Both the position numbers and the translations under genes were made by a program. DNA of 63,841 nucleotides, counting the filler, from an uncultured Methanosarcinales archaeon (GTDB lineage: Archaea > Nanobdellota > Nanobdellia > Woesearchaeales > CAYPCY01), in the NCBI GenBank assembly GCA_964409385.1. It is 5 parts of 5 records of this genome, joined end to end, with 100 filler letters (N's around TTAATTAATTAA, not from the genome) between each part and the next. Parts side by side here need not be neighbours in the genome. Positions count along the whole stretch, not along the records: positions 40,401 to 50,353 come from CAYPCY010000009.1; positions 50,454 to 60,172 come from CAYPCY010000010.1; 3 more parts are not named here. One strand, written 5' to 3'. Below, in pieces: positions 49,083 through 56,767 of this stretch (within the stretch, counting starts at the first letter, position 1; every line of letters starts with the position of its first letter). Below the pieces are notes generated by a model that was given only the letters and a program-made list of their open reading frames with translations, searched no databases and was not told where the DNA came from.

Positions 49083-49586
49083 ATGAAGCATATGGTAAAA
49101 GATGATCTAGAAATATTTGATACTCCGCTAGTTTACAAATATAAAGGAAAATTCAATTTTAAACAAATTTATGATTCTTTAAGAAAAATAATTAAGAAAG
49201 ACAAATATGAATTAATAGAGAAACAATACAAAAATAAAGGTTCAGGAGAAGTATTTGAGAAGGAAATAGTATGGGATATAAACAAAAAATTAACTTCATA
49301 CATACAATTTGAAATAAAACTAAAACTACAAATATACCCAACAAGTAAAAAAGCAAAAGGAAATATTATTGATGGTTTTTTCAAGACTGAAATGCAAGCT
49401 CTACTAATTACAGACTATACTGACAAATGGACTGGGAAGTTTGAAAATTTAGAAAAGTTTTTGAAAAATCATATTTTAGAATTTTACATAAAATCACAAG
49501 CAGGAAAATTAGAAGAGTATTGTTTCGAACTAAATAGTAAAGTTAAAGAACTAGTTTCGTCTAGTACTAAAAAAACAGGGTTTTAA
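49083..49586 (+). CDS. Hypothetical protein (paralog of downstream gene)
   Basis: YKGKFNF..IY...LLITDY.DKW. Confidence 0.7.
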   Translation: MKHMVKDDLEIFDTPLVYKYKGKFNFKQIYDSLRKIIKKDKYELIEKQYKNKGSGEVFEKEIVWDINKKLTSYIQFEIKLKLQIYPTSKKAKGNIIDGFFKTEMQALLITDYTDKWTGKFENLEKFLKNHILEFYIKSQAGKLEEYCFELNSKVKELVSSSTKKTGF

Positions 49587-49590
49587 AAAA

Positions 49591-50097
49591 ATGCCAGAGA
49601 AAGACAAGATTGTTTCAGGAAAGAAAATAAGTTATCAAGGCTTATTCAATATGGAAGAACTATTTCACACTATAGAAAAGAAACTTTCTAACATTGGATA
49701 CTTAAAGGTCGAATCTGCAAATATAGAACAAGTACTAGAATCAGGAACTGAATTTGATATAGTACTAACACCAATAAAATCATTAAATAGATATGCCAGG
49801 TTAGAATTTCAAATAGACATTACAGGAAATAAAATAAAAAAGGTAGAAGTTGAAATTGATGATGAAATACATGAAATGAATAAGGGAACAGTAACTTTTG
49901 TTATAGACGGATTCTTAATAACAGACTATTCAGAACATTGGACTAACTCACCAATATATTTTCTATTAAAAATATTATTTGACAGGTTTATTTATCCAGG
50001 ACAATTCTCCAAGTATGAACAGGAAATTAAGGATGACTCTGCCTCTTTGATTAGGGAGATTAAAAGCTTCTTAAACTTAGGAAAGTATATAAATTAA
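49591..50097 (+). CDS. Hypothetical protein (paralog of upstream gene)
   Basis: YQGLFNM..LF...FLITDY.EHW. Confidence 0.75.
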   Translation: MPEKDKIVSGKKISYQGLFNMEELFHTIEKKLSNIGYLKVESANIEQVLESGTEFDIVLTPIKSLNRYARLEFQIDITGNKIKKVEVEIDDEIHEMNKGTVTFVIDGFLITDYSEHWTNSPIYFLLKILFDRFIYPGQFSKYEQEIKDDSASLIREIKSFLNLGKYIN

Positions 50098-50117
50098 ATA
50101 ATTTTTCTTTTGGCCAT

Positions 50118-50271
50118 GCGAGGGTAGCAAAGTCTGGTCAAATGCGCAGGACTTAAGCCCACAAAAGCAAGATTTCGTTTTTGTTGATAGAAATCCTGTC
50201 CCTTAGTGGGTTCGGGATGGGTGACAGTTGCGTGCTGCACCCACGAAAAGGTTCGAATCCCTTCCCTCGCA
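50118..50271 (+). tRNA. tRNA-Leu(TAA) with two introns: 50158-50192 (37/38) and 50217-50249 (51/52)
   Basis: GCGAGGG/CCCTCGC acceptor; CAGGA-CT-TAA-G|..|A-TCCTG; long variable arm; second intron has TTCG/CGAA helix flanked by GGA and AAG triplets. Confidence 0.88.
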
Positions 50272-50276
50272 TACTA

Positions 50277-50319
50277 AAGTAGGGTCTTCCGGGATGAATG
50301 CGCATGGAAGGCTTTACTT
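50277..50319 (+). ncRNA. Unassigned 14-bp RNA hairpin between two tRNAs
   Basis: AAGTAGGGTCTTCC / GGAAGGCTTTACTT with G-U pairs on the + strand; 15-nt loop. Confidence 0.4.
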
Positions 50320-50328
50320 AATTTTAAC

Positions 50329-50353
50329 GCCTCCGTGGCTTAGTGGCTATAGC
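50329..50353 (+). tRNA. 5' part of a tRNA truncated by gap (isotype unknown)
   Basis: GCCTCCG TG GCTTAGTGGCTATAGC = acceptor 5' strand plus D arm. Confidence 0.75.
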
Positions 50354-50453
50354 NNNNNNNNNNNNNNNNNNNNNNNNNNNNNNNNNNNNNNNNNNNNTTA
50401 ATTAATTAANNNNNNNNNNNNNNNNNNNNNNNNNNNNNNNNNNNNNNNNNNNN
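50354..50453. other. Artificial contig linker
   Basis: N run - TTAATTAATTAA - N run. Confidence 0.98.
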
Positions 50454-50505
50454 CACAACCTATGATTGTTGCTAATCCTGTTTTTAAAATATTTCTTATT
50501 TTCAT
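50454..50505 (-). CDS. 5' fragment of a secreted protein (possibly S-layer)
   Basis: AGGTGA SD then MKIRNILKTGLATIIGC, runs into gap. Confidence 0.5.
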
Positions 50506-50698
50506 TTTGTTTTTCACCTATTAAAAATTTTTAAATTTTTAGAGGTTCCAGAAATTTATTATTTCTAAGAACCTTTTTTTTAAGTTTGTTATAGTTTTAA
50601 ACTAGTTAGTCATTTTTAAAGCTTTCGGTGTTTTACTACTTGTTGGTAAAAACAAAACATATCTAAAACTTTTTAAGCAGTTTATTCTTAACAAAAAT

Positions 50699-50962
50699 TG
50701 CTAGACCGGGTCGGTAGTCCTGACCTATAACCCTAAATGGACTTCACGAGGGGGTCGAAGCCTGGAGGGCGGCGTATTGTACTTGAATAAGTCCTTGTTC
50801 GTACGATGATCCGGTGTCCTTTGGGATTTTTTACTTTGCGAACCTGGTCAGATCCGGAAGGAAGCAGCTATAAACTCTGTGAAGGATGCTCAAAGGGTCG
50901 CACTGGTAAGGAAAATCAAGGGTTGCTTGTTTAAGTATGTGCATCCACCTTCAGGCGTGCAC
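50699..50962 (+). ncRNA. ffs: SRP (7S) RNA
   Basis: 5' TGCTAGACCGGG Alu-like start; helix 8 TCAGATCCGGAAGGAAGCAGC; helix 5 CCGGTGTCCTTTGGG/CTCAAAGGGTCGCACTGG; 3' GGCGTGCAC then T run. Confidence 0.88.
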
Positions 50963-50999
50963 TTTTTAGAACTTAGTTTTTCTTATATTAAAATTCCGA

Positions 51000-51270
51000 T
51001 AGAATTTTGGAACCAAAAAATTTTCAATTTTTTTTAAATCTTGAAGATGTCTTTGCCAAATCTATCTGTCCTAAAAACATTGATCTACAACAATATCTTT
51101 CAATACCAAGCTTGTCCAAAACATCCTTTAATGATTTTTTGTTCTCTTTTGCTTCTGCAAATTCTTCCCATGCTTGAGCTATTGGTTTTCCACAACTCCA
51201 ACATCTTATAGGTATTATCAAAATTTTACCTCATTAGAATTTTGTAACCAAAAAATTTTCAGTTTTTTTT
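51000..51270. repeat. 36-bp direct repeats (51000-51035, 51235-51270) flanking rpoN
   Basis: TAGAATTTTG(G/T)AACCAAAAAATTTTCA(A/G)TTTTTTTT, 34/36 identical. Confidence 0.75.
51024..51221 (-). CDS. rpoN: RNA polymerase subunit Rpo10 (RpoN)
   Basis: IPIRCWSCGK...LDKLGIERYCCRSMFL; TTG start with GAGGT SD. Confidence 0.96.
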   Translation of the reverse strand: MIIPIRCWSCGKPIAQAWEEFAEAKENKKSLKDVLDKLGIERYCCRSMFLGQIDLAKTSSRFKKN

Positions 51271-51283
51271 GTATCATATTTAA

Positions 51284-51694
51284 TCACCTGTACGATTTTT
51301 GTTTTTTAGACCTTGCTTTTCCATGCCTGTTTGGTTTGCTAGGCTCTCTTTGTCTAACATCAGCAACTAGTAAATGTCTATCATACTCTCCTAATGCTTT
51401 TTCTAAATTTTCATCTTTTGAATATTTTACTAATGCTCTTGCAATTGCTAATCTAATAGCGTCTGCTTGAGAAATAACTCCTCCACCCTTAACAAATATG
51501 TTTAAATCAATAGTTTCTGAAAGTTTTCCTGCAATCATTAAAGGTTCCTGAACTTTCATTCTTGAAAGTTCAGTTCCGAAACTATCAAAAGCTTGCTTGT
51601 TAATTTTAATTTTTCCAGTGCCTTTCACAATTATTACTTTTGCGATTGCACTTTTTCTTTTTCCAGACGTTATTATTTGTATTTTTTTCTTCAT
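51284..51694 (-). CDS. rps9: 30S ribosomal protein uS9
   Basis: GKRKSAIA, VKGGG, YDRHLLVAD.R, QKSYR. Confidence 0.97.
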   Translation of the reverse strand: MKKKIQIITSGKRKSAIAKVIIVKGTGKIKINKQAFDSFGTELSRMKVQEPLMIAGKLSETIDLNIFVKGGGVISQADAIRLAIARALVKYSKDENLEKALGEYDRHLLVADVRQREPSKPNRHGKARSKKQKSYR

Positions 51695-52095
51695 AATAAT
51701 TCACTTAATTTTTTTAGTGTCATGAACTTTAAATTTGGTAATTTTTTAACATTTGCTTCTTCTAATGTTAATGTTTCCTTTCCTTGAAACTGTTCAGGAA
51801 CTGTATTATAACATTTGATTTTTTTAAATGCTGCATTTCCCCTTGGTTTTTTGTATGGAAGCATTCCCCTAATAATTCTTTTTAACATTTTTTCAGGACT
51901 TCTATGATATACAGGTCCTTTTGTTGGAGTTCCCATACTTCTCTTTCTTTGATACGCACTTAGAATTTCTTTTTTCTTTCCTGTTAATATAGATTCGTTA
52001 CAATTCAATACTGTAACATCCTCTCCTAATAATGCAAGCTTTGCTACTTTAGTTGCCAGTCTTCCAACAATTAAATTTTTTGCATCTATAATCAT
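51691..52095 (-). CDS. rpl13: 50S ribosomal protein uL13
   Basis: IIDA...VGRLAT.VAK, IRGMLPYKK. Confidence 0.97.
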   Translation of the reverse strand: MIIDAKNLIVGRLATKVAKLALLGEDVTVLNCNESILTGKKKEILSAYQRKRSMGTPTKGPVYHRSPEKMLKRIIRGMLPYKKPRGNAAFKKIKCYNTVPEQFQGKETLTLEEANVKKLPNLKFMTLKKLSELL

Positions 52096-52439
52096 CCTAT
52101 AAGCCTCACTCTTCTTCCTTTAATTTCTTTCTTCATGAAATCCTCTAAATGAATTATTTCTCCCTTTGCTTCTTTTATTTTGTTTATTGCTTGCTGTGAG
52201 AATTTCCAAGCAACAATACTCACTTTATGATCTAATTCGCCATTTGCTAAAACTTTTCCAGGGACTAATATTGTTTCTCCTGATTTAGTATGAAGATTTA
52301 TTCTTGTAAGATTAACTATTCTTCTTCTTCTTCTATTAGATTTTTCTAGTTCTGTAGCTACTCTTTTCCATAAAGGTATCTTTTTCTCTATGGAAATCTT
52401 CTTCAATTCCTGTATTGTTTCTTTTAGTTTGGCATTCAT
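52092..52439 (-). CDS. rpl18e: 50S ribosomal protein eL18
   Basis: LWKRVA, VNLTRI, VPGKVL, FS..A..KI. Confidence 0.95.
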   Translation of the reverse strand: MNAKLKETIQELKKISIEKKIPLWKRVATELEKSNRRRRRIVNLTRINLHTKSGETILVPGKVLANGELDHKVSIVAWKFSQQAINKIKEAKGEIIHLEDFMKKEIKGRRVRLIG

Positions 52440-52446
52440 TGAAAAT

Positions 52447-53205
52447 TTACTTTAGTACTTTCTTGAAATTATCAGCTTTCAAATTTAGCTTTTCAACTGC
52501 TTTTTTCAGTATTTCTTTAGGATCTAATTGACCCCATGGTTCAACATAAAATATGAAATCTTCCTTATTAGGTTCAAATTCTACTTTATTCTTGATTTGT
52601 TTCATTATTTTAGGATTGAATTCTGTTTCTACATTTTTATAATCTGAAACTTTTATTTTTCCTTTGTCTTCTTCAACAAATGGTTTAATTAGTTTTTTTA
52701 CATTAGTTTTATCTTCTTTTATATTTACAAAAGTCATATCCTTATAATATGCAATTCCGGGACTCCATTTAGCATGTTCTTTACCCATTCCCAATGTTGC
52801 TTTTGCAATTAGTTCAATTTCTTGATCTTCTAATAATTCACATATTAGTGTTTTTGGATGTACAGGTTTTACGGCTGGATCTTTAGATTTCAATTGTTTT
52901 GCATAAACTGATCCTGGACCTTTAGCTTTTAATGTTAATTGTAAAGTGTTTTTTGCAGATTCTGCTTCTCCTTCTTTTCTTTCTGAATATGTTTTTAGAT
53001 CTGTTGATAATACTAATAATCCTAATCTTAACGCAATCATTTCATCATATAATGCCGAATCATTTTTTCTAATTTCTACTTCGTCAATAGCCATTGTTGG
53101 AACTTCGCTCAGTATCATTCTTCTTAGAGTATTCAAATAAACTGCACTAGTTCCTTCAATCTTCAATACTAGCTTGTTTTTATTATCTAATTTTTTTAGT
53201 TTCAT
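52447..53205 (-). CDS. rpoD: RNA polymerase subunit Rpo3 (RpoD)
   Basis: [37 protein letters not shown]; no Fe-S cysteines. Confidence 0.95.
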   Translation of the reverse strand: MKLKKLDNKNKLVLKIEGTSAVYLNTLRRMILSEVPTMAIDEVEIRKNDSALYDEMIALRLGLLVLSTDLKTYSERKEGEAESAKNTLQLTLKAKGPGSVYAKQLKSKDPAVKPVHPKTLICELLEDQEIELIAKATLGMGKEHAKWSPGIAYYKDMTFVNIKEDKTNVKKLIKPFVEEDKGKIKVSDYKNVETEFNPKIMKQIKNKVEFEPNKEDFIFYVEPWGQLDPKEILKKAVEKLNLKADNFKKVLK

Positions 53206-53600
53206 GGCCTTCTACCTCTTCTTCCACCTTTCTTCCTACAACCATCGTGAGGAATTGGTGTTACATCCTCAATAAGTCCCATTCTCAATCCCATTCTTGA
53301 TAATGTTCTTATTGCTGCTTGGGCTCCTGGTCCTGGATTACTAGGCCCATTATGACCTCCAGGTGCTTTAATCTTAATATTTAATGCAGTTATTCCTTTT
53401 TCTTTTGCTAATTCTCCTGCTTTTTTAGCTGCTGCCATTGCTGCAGTTGGTGAACTTTCCATTCTATGACTCTTAACGACTTGACCGCCTGAAGTTCTTG
53501 CTATTGATTCTGAACCTGTAATGTCTGTAAGATGAATTATTGTATTATTGTATGAAGAGTAAATATGTGCAATTCCCCAAATTTCTTTTCTTTTATCCAT
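53202..53600 (-). CDS. rps11: 30S ribosomal protein uS11
   Basis: [31 protein letters not shown]; start moved to MDKRK. Confidence 0.97.
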   Translation of the reverse strand: MDKRKEIWGIAHIYSSYNNTIIHLTDITGSESIARTSGGQVVKSHRMESSPTAAMAAAKKAGELAKEKGITALNIKIKAPGGHNGPSNPGPGAQAAIRTLSRMGLRMGLIEDVTPIPHDGCRKKGGRRGRRP

Positions 53601-54468
53601 TGTTCTCTTTAGTTTCTTCAACTGGTTCTTCTTTAGGCTTTTTTTCTTTAACTTCTTCCTTAACTTCTTCCTTAACTTCTTCAACAGTTTCTTTTACTAC
53701 TTCTTTAGCTTCTTTAGCTTCTTCTTTAGGCTTTTCTTCTTTAACTTCTTCCTTAACTTCTTCAGCAACATGAACTGCTTCTTCTATCAAAGCCTCTTTT
53801 TGAACTGTTTCATCAGCTTCTGGTTCTATTTCTTTTCCCGCCTCTTCAGTTACTATATTTTGTTCTTTTCCTTCTATAGGAACATCTTCCGCAGGTTTAA
53901 TTTCTACTTCCTTCTTTAATTCTTCAGTTTTTCTTTTTAGATCTTGAGCTTCAGTAACTATTGACCTTTCAGGATGTTCAGGATTCTTTAACGAAGTATT
54001 ATCAACAAAAGAAATTTGAGCATCTTCTTTAATAGATACAATATATGCTGGAGAATTAATTGATTTATCTCCTATTTTAACATGTTCGTGAACTATGAAT
54101 TGTCTTGCTTGATTAATTGATCTTGCCAATTCTTTCTTAAAAATTCTTGATTGTAATCTTCTATCTAAAATTGATTTTAAGTCTAGAGCCAAAACATCTC
54201 CTAATTCTTGATCTTTCTTCAATAAATCTAGCTTTTCAAGTTTTTCTCTTAATTGTTGTTTTTCTTTTATAACTTGCTCTCCGGATGATGCAGTTAATCT
54301 TTTTACTTGATCTTTAAAATTAGCAAGAATTTTTTCCATTCTCCATAATTGCTTTTTATTTTTTAAACCGTATTCTTTCATTAATATTTTTTCAGAATCA
54401 ATTCTTGACTTTACCCAGGGGTGTGAAGGTCTTGAATATTTCTTTCTTGATTTTTTTGGATCTCCCAT
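53593..54468 (-). CDS. rps4: 30S ribosomal protein uS4 with long acidic repeat tail
   Basis: [29 protein letters not shown] repeats at C-terminus. Confidence 0.95.
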   Translation of the reverse strand: MGDPKKSRKKYSRPSHPWVKSRIDSEKILMKEYGLKNKKQLWRMEKILANFKDQVKRLTASSGEQVIKEKQQLREKLEKLDLLKKDQELGDVLALDLKSILDRRLQSRIFKKELARSINQARQFIVHEHVKIGDKSINSPAYIVSIKEDAQISFVDNTSLKNPEHPERSIVTEAQDLKRKTEELKKEVEIKPAEDVPIEGKEQNIVTEEAGKEIEPEADETVQKEALIEEAVHVAEEVKEEVKEEKPKEEAKEAKEVVKETVEEVKEEVKEEVKEKKPKEEPVEETKENNG

Positions 54469-54469
54469 T

Positions 54470-54946
54470 TTAAACTCTTCCAGAATTCTTATTAGTAGAT
54501 GATTTTTTTACTTTTATTCCTGCTTTTCCTTTATTTTTTCTAAAGTTTCCTTGTGTTCTTTGTCCTCGCACTGTTAATCCTTGAGCATGACGTAATCCTT
54601 TGTAAGTTTTCATCTTTTGAATTTTCTTAATATCTTGTTCTTTAGCAAATCTTAAATCAGACATTATAAGATGTTTATCTTCTCCTGTTTCAGGATCGTT
54701 TCTTCTATTCATAAGCCAAGAAGGTATATTGAATTTTGTAGGATTAGTAATGAATTCTTCTAATTGTGTTATTTCTTTTTCTGAAAGCTCTCCTGCTTTT
54801 TTTGTTTTGTTTATTTTAGTTACTTGACAAGCAGCATTTGCTAGAACTCTTCCTACTCCTTTGATAGCTGTTAAGGCTATTCTAATCTGTTTAGTACCTT
54901 TAATGTCAGTGTTCGATATCCTTAGGAATTCTCTAAATTCAGCCAT
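54470..54946 (-). CDS. rps13: 30S ribosomal protein uS13
   Basis: IKGVG, PSWLMNRRND, YKGLRH..GLTVRGQRT. Confidence 0.97.
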   Translation of the reverse strand: MAEFREFLRISNTDIKGTKQIRIALTAIKGVGRVLANAACQVTKINKTKKAGELSEKEITQLEEFITNPTKFNIPSWLMNRRNDPETGEDKHLIMSDLRFAKEQDIKKIQKMKTYKGLRHAQGLTVRGQRTQGNFRKNKGKAGIKVKKSSTNKNSGRV

Positions 54947-55076
54947 TTTATTTATTAGAACGAGATTTTGTGACCCTAAAACGCTCGTTCTGAACTCGGG
55001 TTCTTAATTTCTGGAAAGGTAAATTGTTTATAAAAGTTTTGGAACAATATAAAAGTTTGAAATCTTTAAAGATTCA

Positions 55077-55322
55077 TTATTTGTAAATGTTTTTTCTGTG
55101 GTCAAAACAATTAATAATTATTTTTTCTTTTTCTAGCCTATATATTATTCTATAAGGGGGGATTTTTAAGCTTCTATGACCTTTTAACTTATATCTTAAG
55201 GGTTTTCCTTGTTCGGGTAACCTATTGAGTTTTTTTATTTGTTTAATTATTTTTAATCTTAAATTTTCTTCTTTAATTTTAATAAATTCTTTTTTGAAAT
55301 TATTTGAGAATACTATTTCCGT
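55077..55322 (-). CDS. relE: RelE/ParE-family toxin beginning at ACG (absent from ORF track)
   Basis: (T)EIVFSNNFKKEF.KIK...PEQGKPLRYKLKGHRSLKIPPYRIIY...FDHRKNIYK; 2 nt after antitoxin stop. Confidence 0.8.
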   Translation of the reverse strand, partial: TEIVFSNNFKKEFIKIKEENLRLKIIKQIKKLNRLPEQGKPLRYKLKGHRSLKIPPYRIIYRLEKEKIIINCFDHRKNIYK

Positions 55323-55324
55323 TT

Positions 55325-55600
55325 TTACTTCATTAATAATTCGTCTATTTCCTCATCAGACATAGAATTGTTCGCTTTAATGGATTTTCCAGAAGATATT
55401 TGTTCTTCACTATTGTGGATTTTTTCAATCAATTCAATATCTTTCTTTAATATTTCTTTTCTTATTTGTTTTAACAATATATTTCCTCCTTCATTAAATA
55501 CAATAAATTTTGTTGAGGGTTTTAATCCTGCTTCTTTTCTTATTTCTGAAGGTATTACTACTTGTCCGTTTGGGGATAATTTAGTTAAAGATATTTCCAC
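55325..55600 (-). CDS. AbrB/MazE-family antitoxin
   Basis: TKLSPNGQVVIPSEIRK; GTG start after AGGTGA SD. Confidence 0.88.
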   Translation of the reverse strand: MEISLTKLSPNGQVVIPSEIRKEAGLKPSTKFIVFNEGGNILLKQIRKEILKKDIELIEKIHNSEEQISSGKSIKANNSMSDEEIDELLMK

Positions 55601-55774
55601 AAGTATCACCTACTATGTATTTTAATATTAAAACACATAGTACATTATAAACTTTTTGGAAACAATTTACTTTTTAGTCAGTTTAGATAATTTTTAATTG
55701 TTTTTTATGAATAAACAAACTATTTACAAAACTTTAGAAATATTTACAATAAACCAAAATTATTTGTTAAAAGG

Positions 55775-55846
55775 GGCAATGGGCGAGAATCGAACTCGCG
55801 TTTGAAGATCCACAGTCTCCTGTTCTACCATTGAACTACCATCGCC
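55775..55846 (-). tRNA. tRNA-His(GTG) with encoded G-1
   Basis: G-GCGATGG/CCATTGC-C; GGAGA-CT-GTG-GA-TCTTC; GTTCGATTC. Confidence 0.93.
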
Positions 55847-55871
55847 ATTGTCTAAAGAAAAAATAATACTA

Positions 55872-56726
55872 TTATAAAGATTTTTGTTCTTGCAATTGTA
55901 ATTCTTTCTGATGTAAATAAGCTAGTTTTTGGGCTACTTTTCTATGTCTAAGAATGTTTTCTTTCTTCAAATACTCAACTCTTTCTTCTTTTCTTTCTAA
56001 TAAGTCTTCTCTCTTTCTTAATTCAGCCCTTTTCTCATGCATTAAAGACATCTCCTTAAGTGTTTTGTTAAACTCTAGTGTTTTAGCTCTTATACTCTTG
56101 TTAATGCCCTTCTCTTGCTCTTTCAACACAGTAACATGCCTTAAGAGTTTCTCCTTCTGTCCATTAAATAAATTAACTTGCCTTTCAATGTTTACTTGTT
56201 CTCTTTCAAGCCTAGATATTGCTTCTTGTAATGCCGTCTCTCTAGATTCAGACATACTCTTCTTTTGTAATAGAACAACTTCTAATTCTCCCAGTTTTTG
56301 TTCCTTATTTACTAATTGAACATCTTTATTTTTTATCTTTGTTCTCTCTTTCTTAAGACCTGAATGAGCATCTGCAATATTACTAAATATACTTAAATGA
56401 TCTTGAAGAATATTTCTTAATTCTTTCTTTGCCATTAATATCTTCATCTCTTCCTGGAATAAATCATTTTCTTTCTTCTTGAATTCATGTTCTAACTTAG
56501 TAAATTTAGAACTTGCTATTTTCTTCTCTAGCTTTTCCAAGTCTTTAAGTTTCTTAGGAAGTCCCTTCATTAAATCCTGGAATTCCATTCTCTGCTCCTC
56601 TAACAAATCTCCTAGTTTACTTGCAGAAACATTAGTTTTCTTAACCAAGTCTAACCAAGCCTTATGACTCCAAGAACCTCTATGTCTAACTACAAAAGTC
56701 CATAAAGTATCTTTTAACTCCCCCAT
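55872..56726 (-). CDS. Coiled-coil hypothetical protein
   Basis: Short N-terminal W.FV....G.W.H..W domain, then long heptad-rich region. Confidence 0.7.
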   Translation of the reverse strand: MGELKDTLWTFVVRHRGSWSHKAWLDLVKKTNVSASKLGDLLEEQRMEFQDLMKGLPKKLKDLEKLEKKIASSKFTKLEHEFKKKENDLFQEEMKILMAKKELRNILQDHLSIFSNIADAHSGLKKERTKIKNKDVQLVNKEQKLGELEVVLLQKKSMSESRETALQEAISRLEREQVNIERQVNLFNGQKEKLLRHVTVLKEQEKGINKSIRAKTLEFNKTLKEMSLMHEKRAELRKREDLLERKEERVEYLKKENILRHRKVAQKLAYLHQKELQLQEQKSL

Positions 56727-56767
56727 AATAGAATTGTTGACAGATTAACTATATAAAATTTGTGAAA

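Noticed and set aside
17000..50100. Switches in T/A strand skew suggesting a replication origin or terminus
   Set aside because: Contigs are joined in unknown order and orientation, no cdc6/ORB elements were seen, and skew cannot be quantified by eye.
50329..50353. Split tRNA half
   Set aside because: The sequence ends at an assembly gap, so truncation explains it.
2753..51271. Hairpin repeats as a CRISPR array or integron attC sites
   Set aside because: They are dispersed, lack constant repeat-spacer periodicity and consistent RYYYAAC/GTTRRRY ends, flank core genes, and no cas or integrase gene is present.
55775..55846. Encoded G-1 and C73 in tRNA-His as an anomaly
   Set aside because: This is the normal state for most archaeal and bacterial tRNA-His genes.
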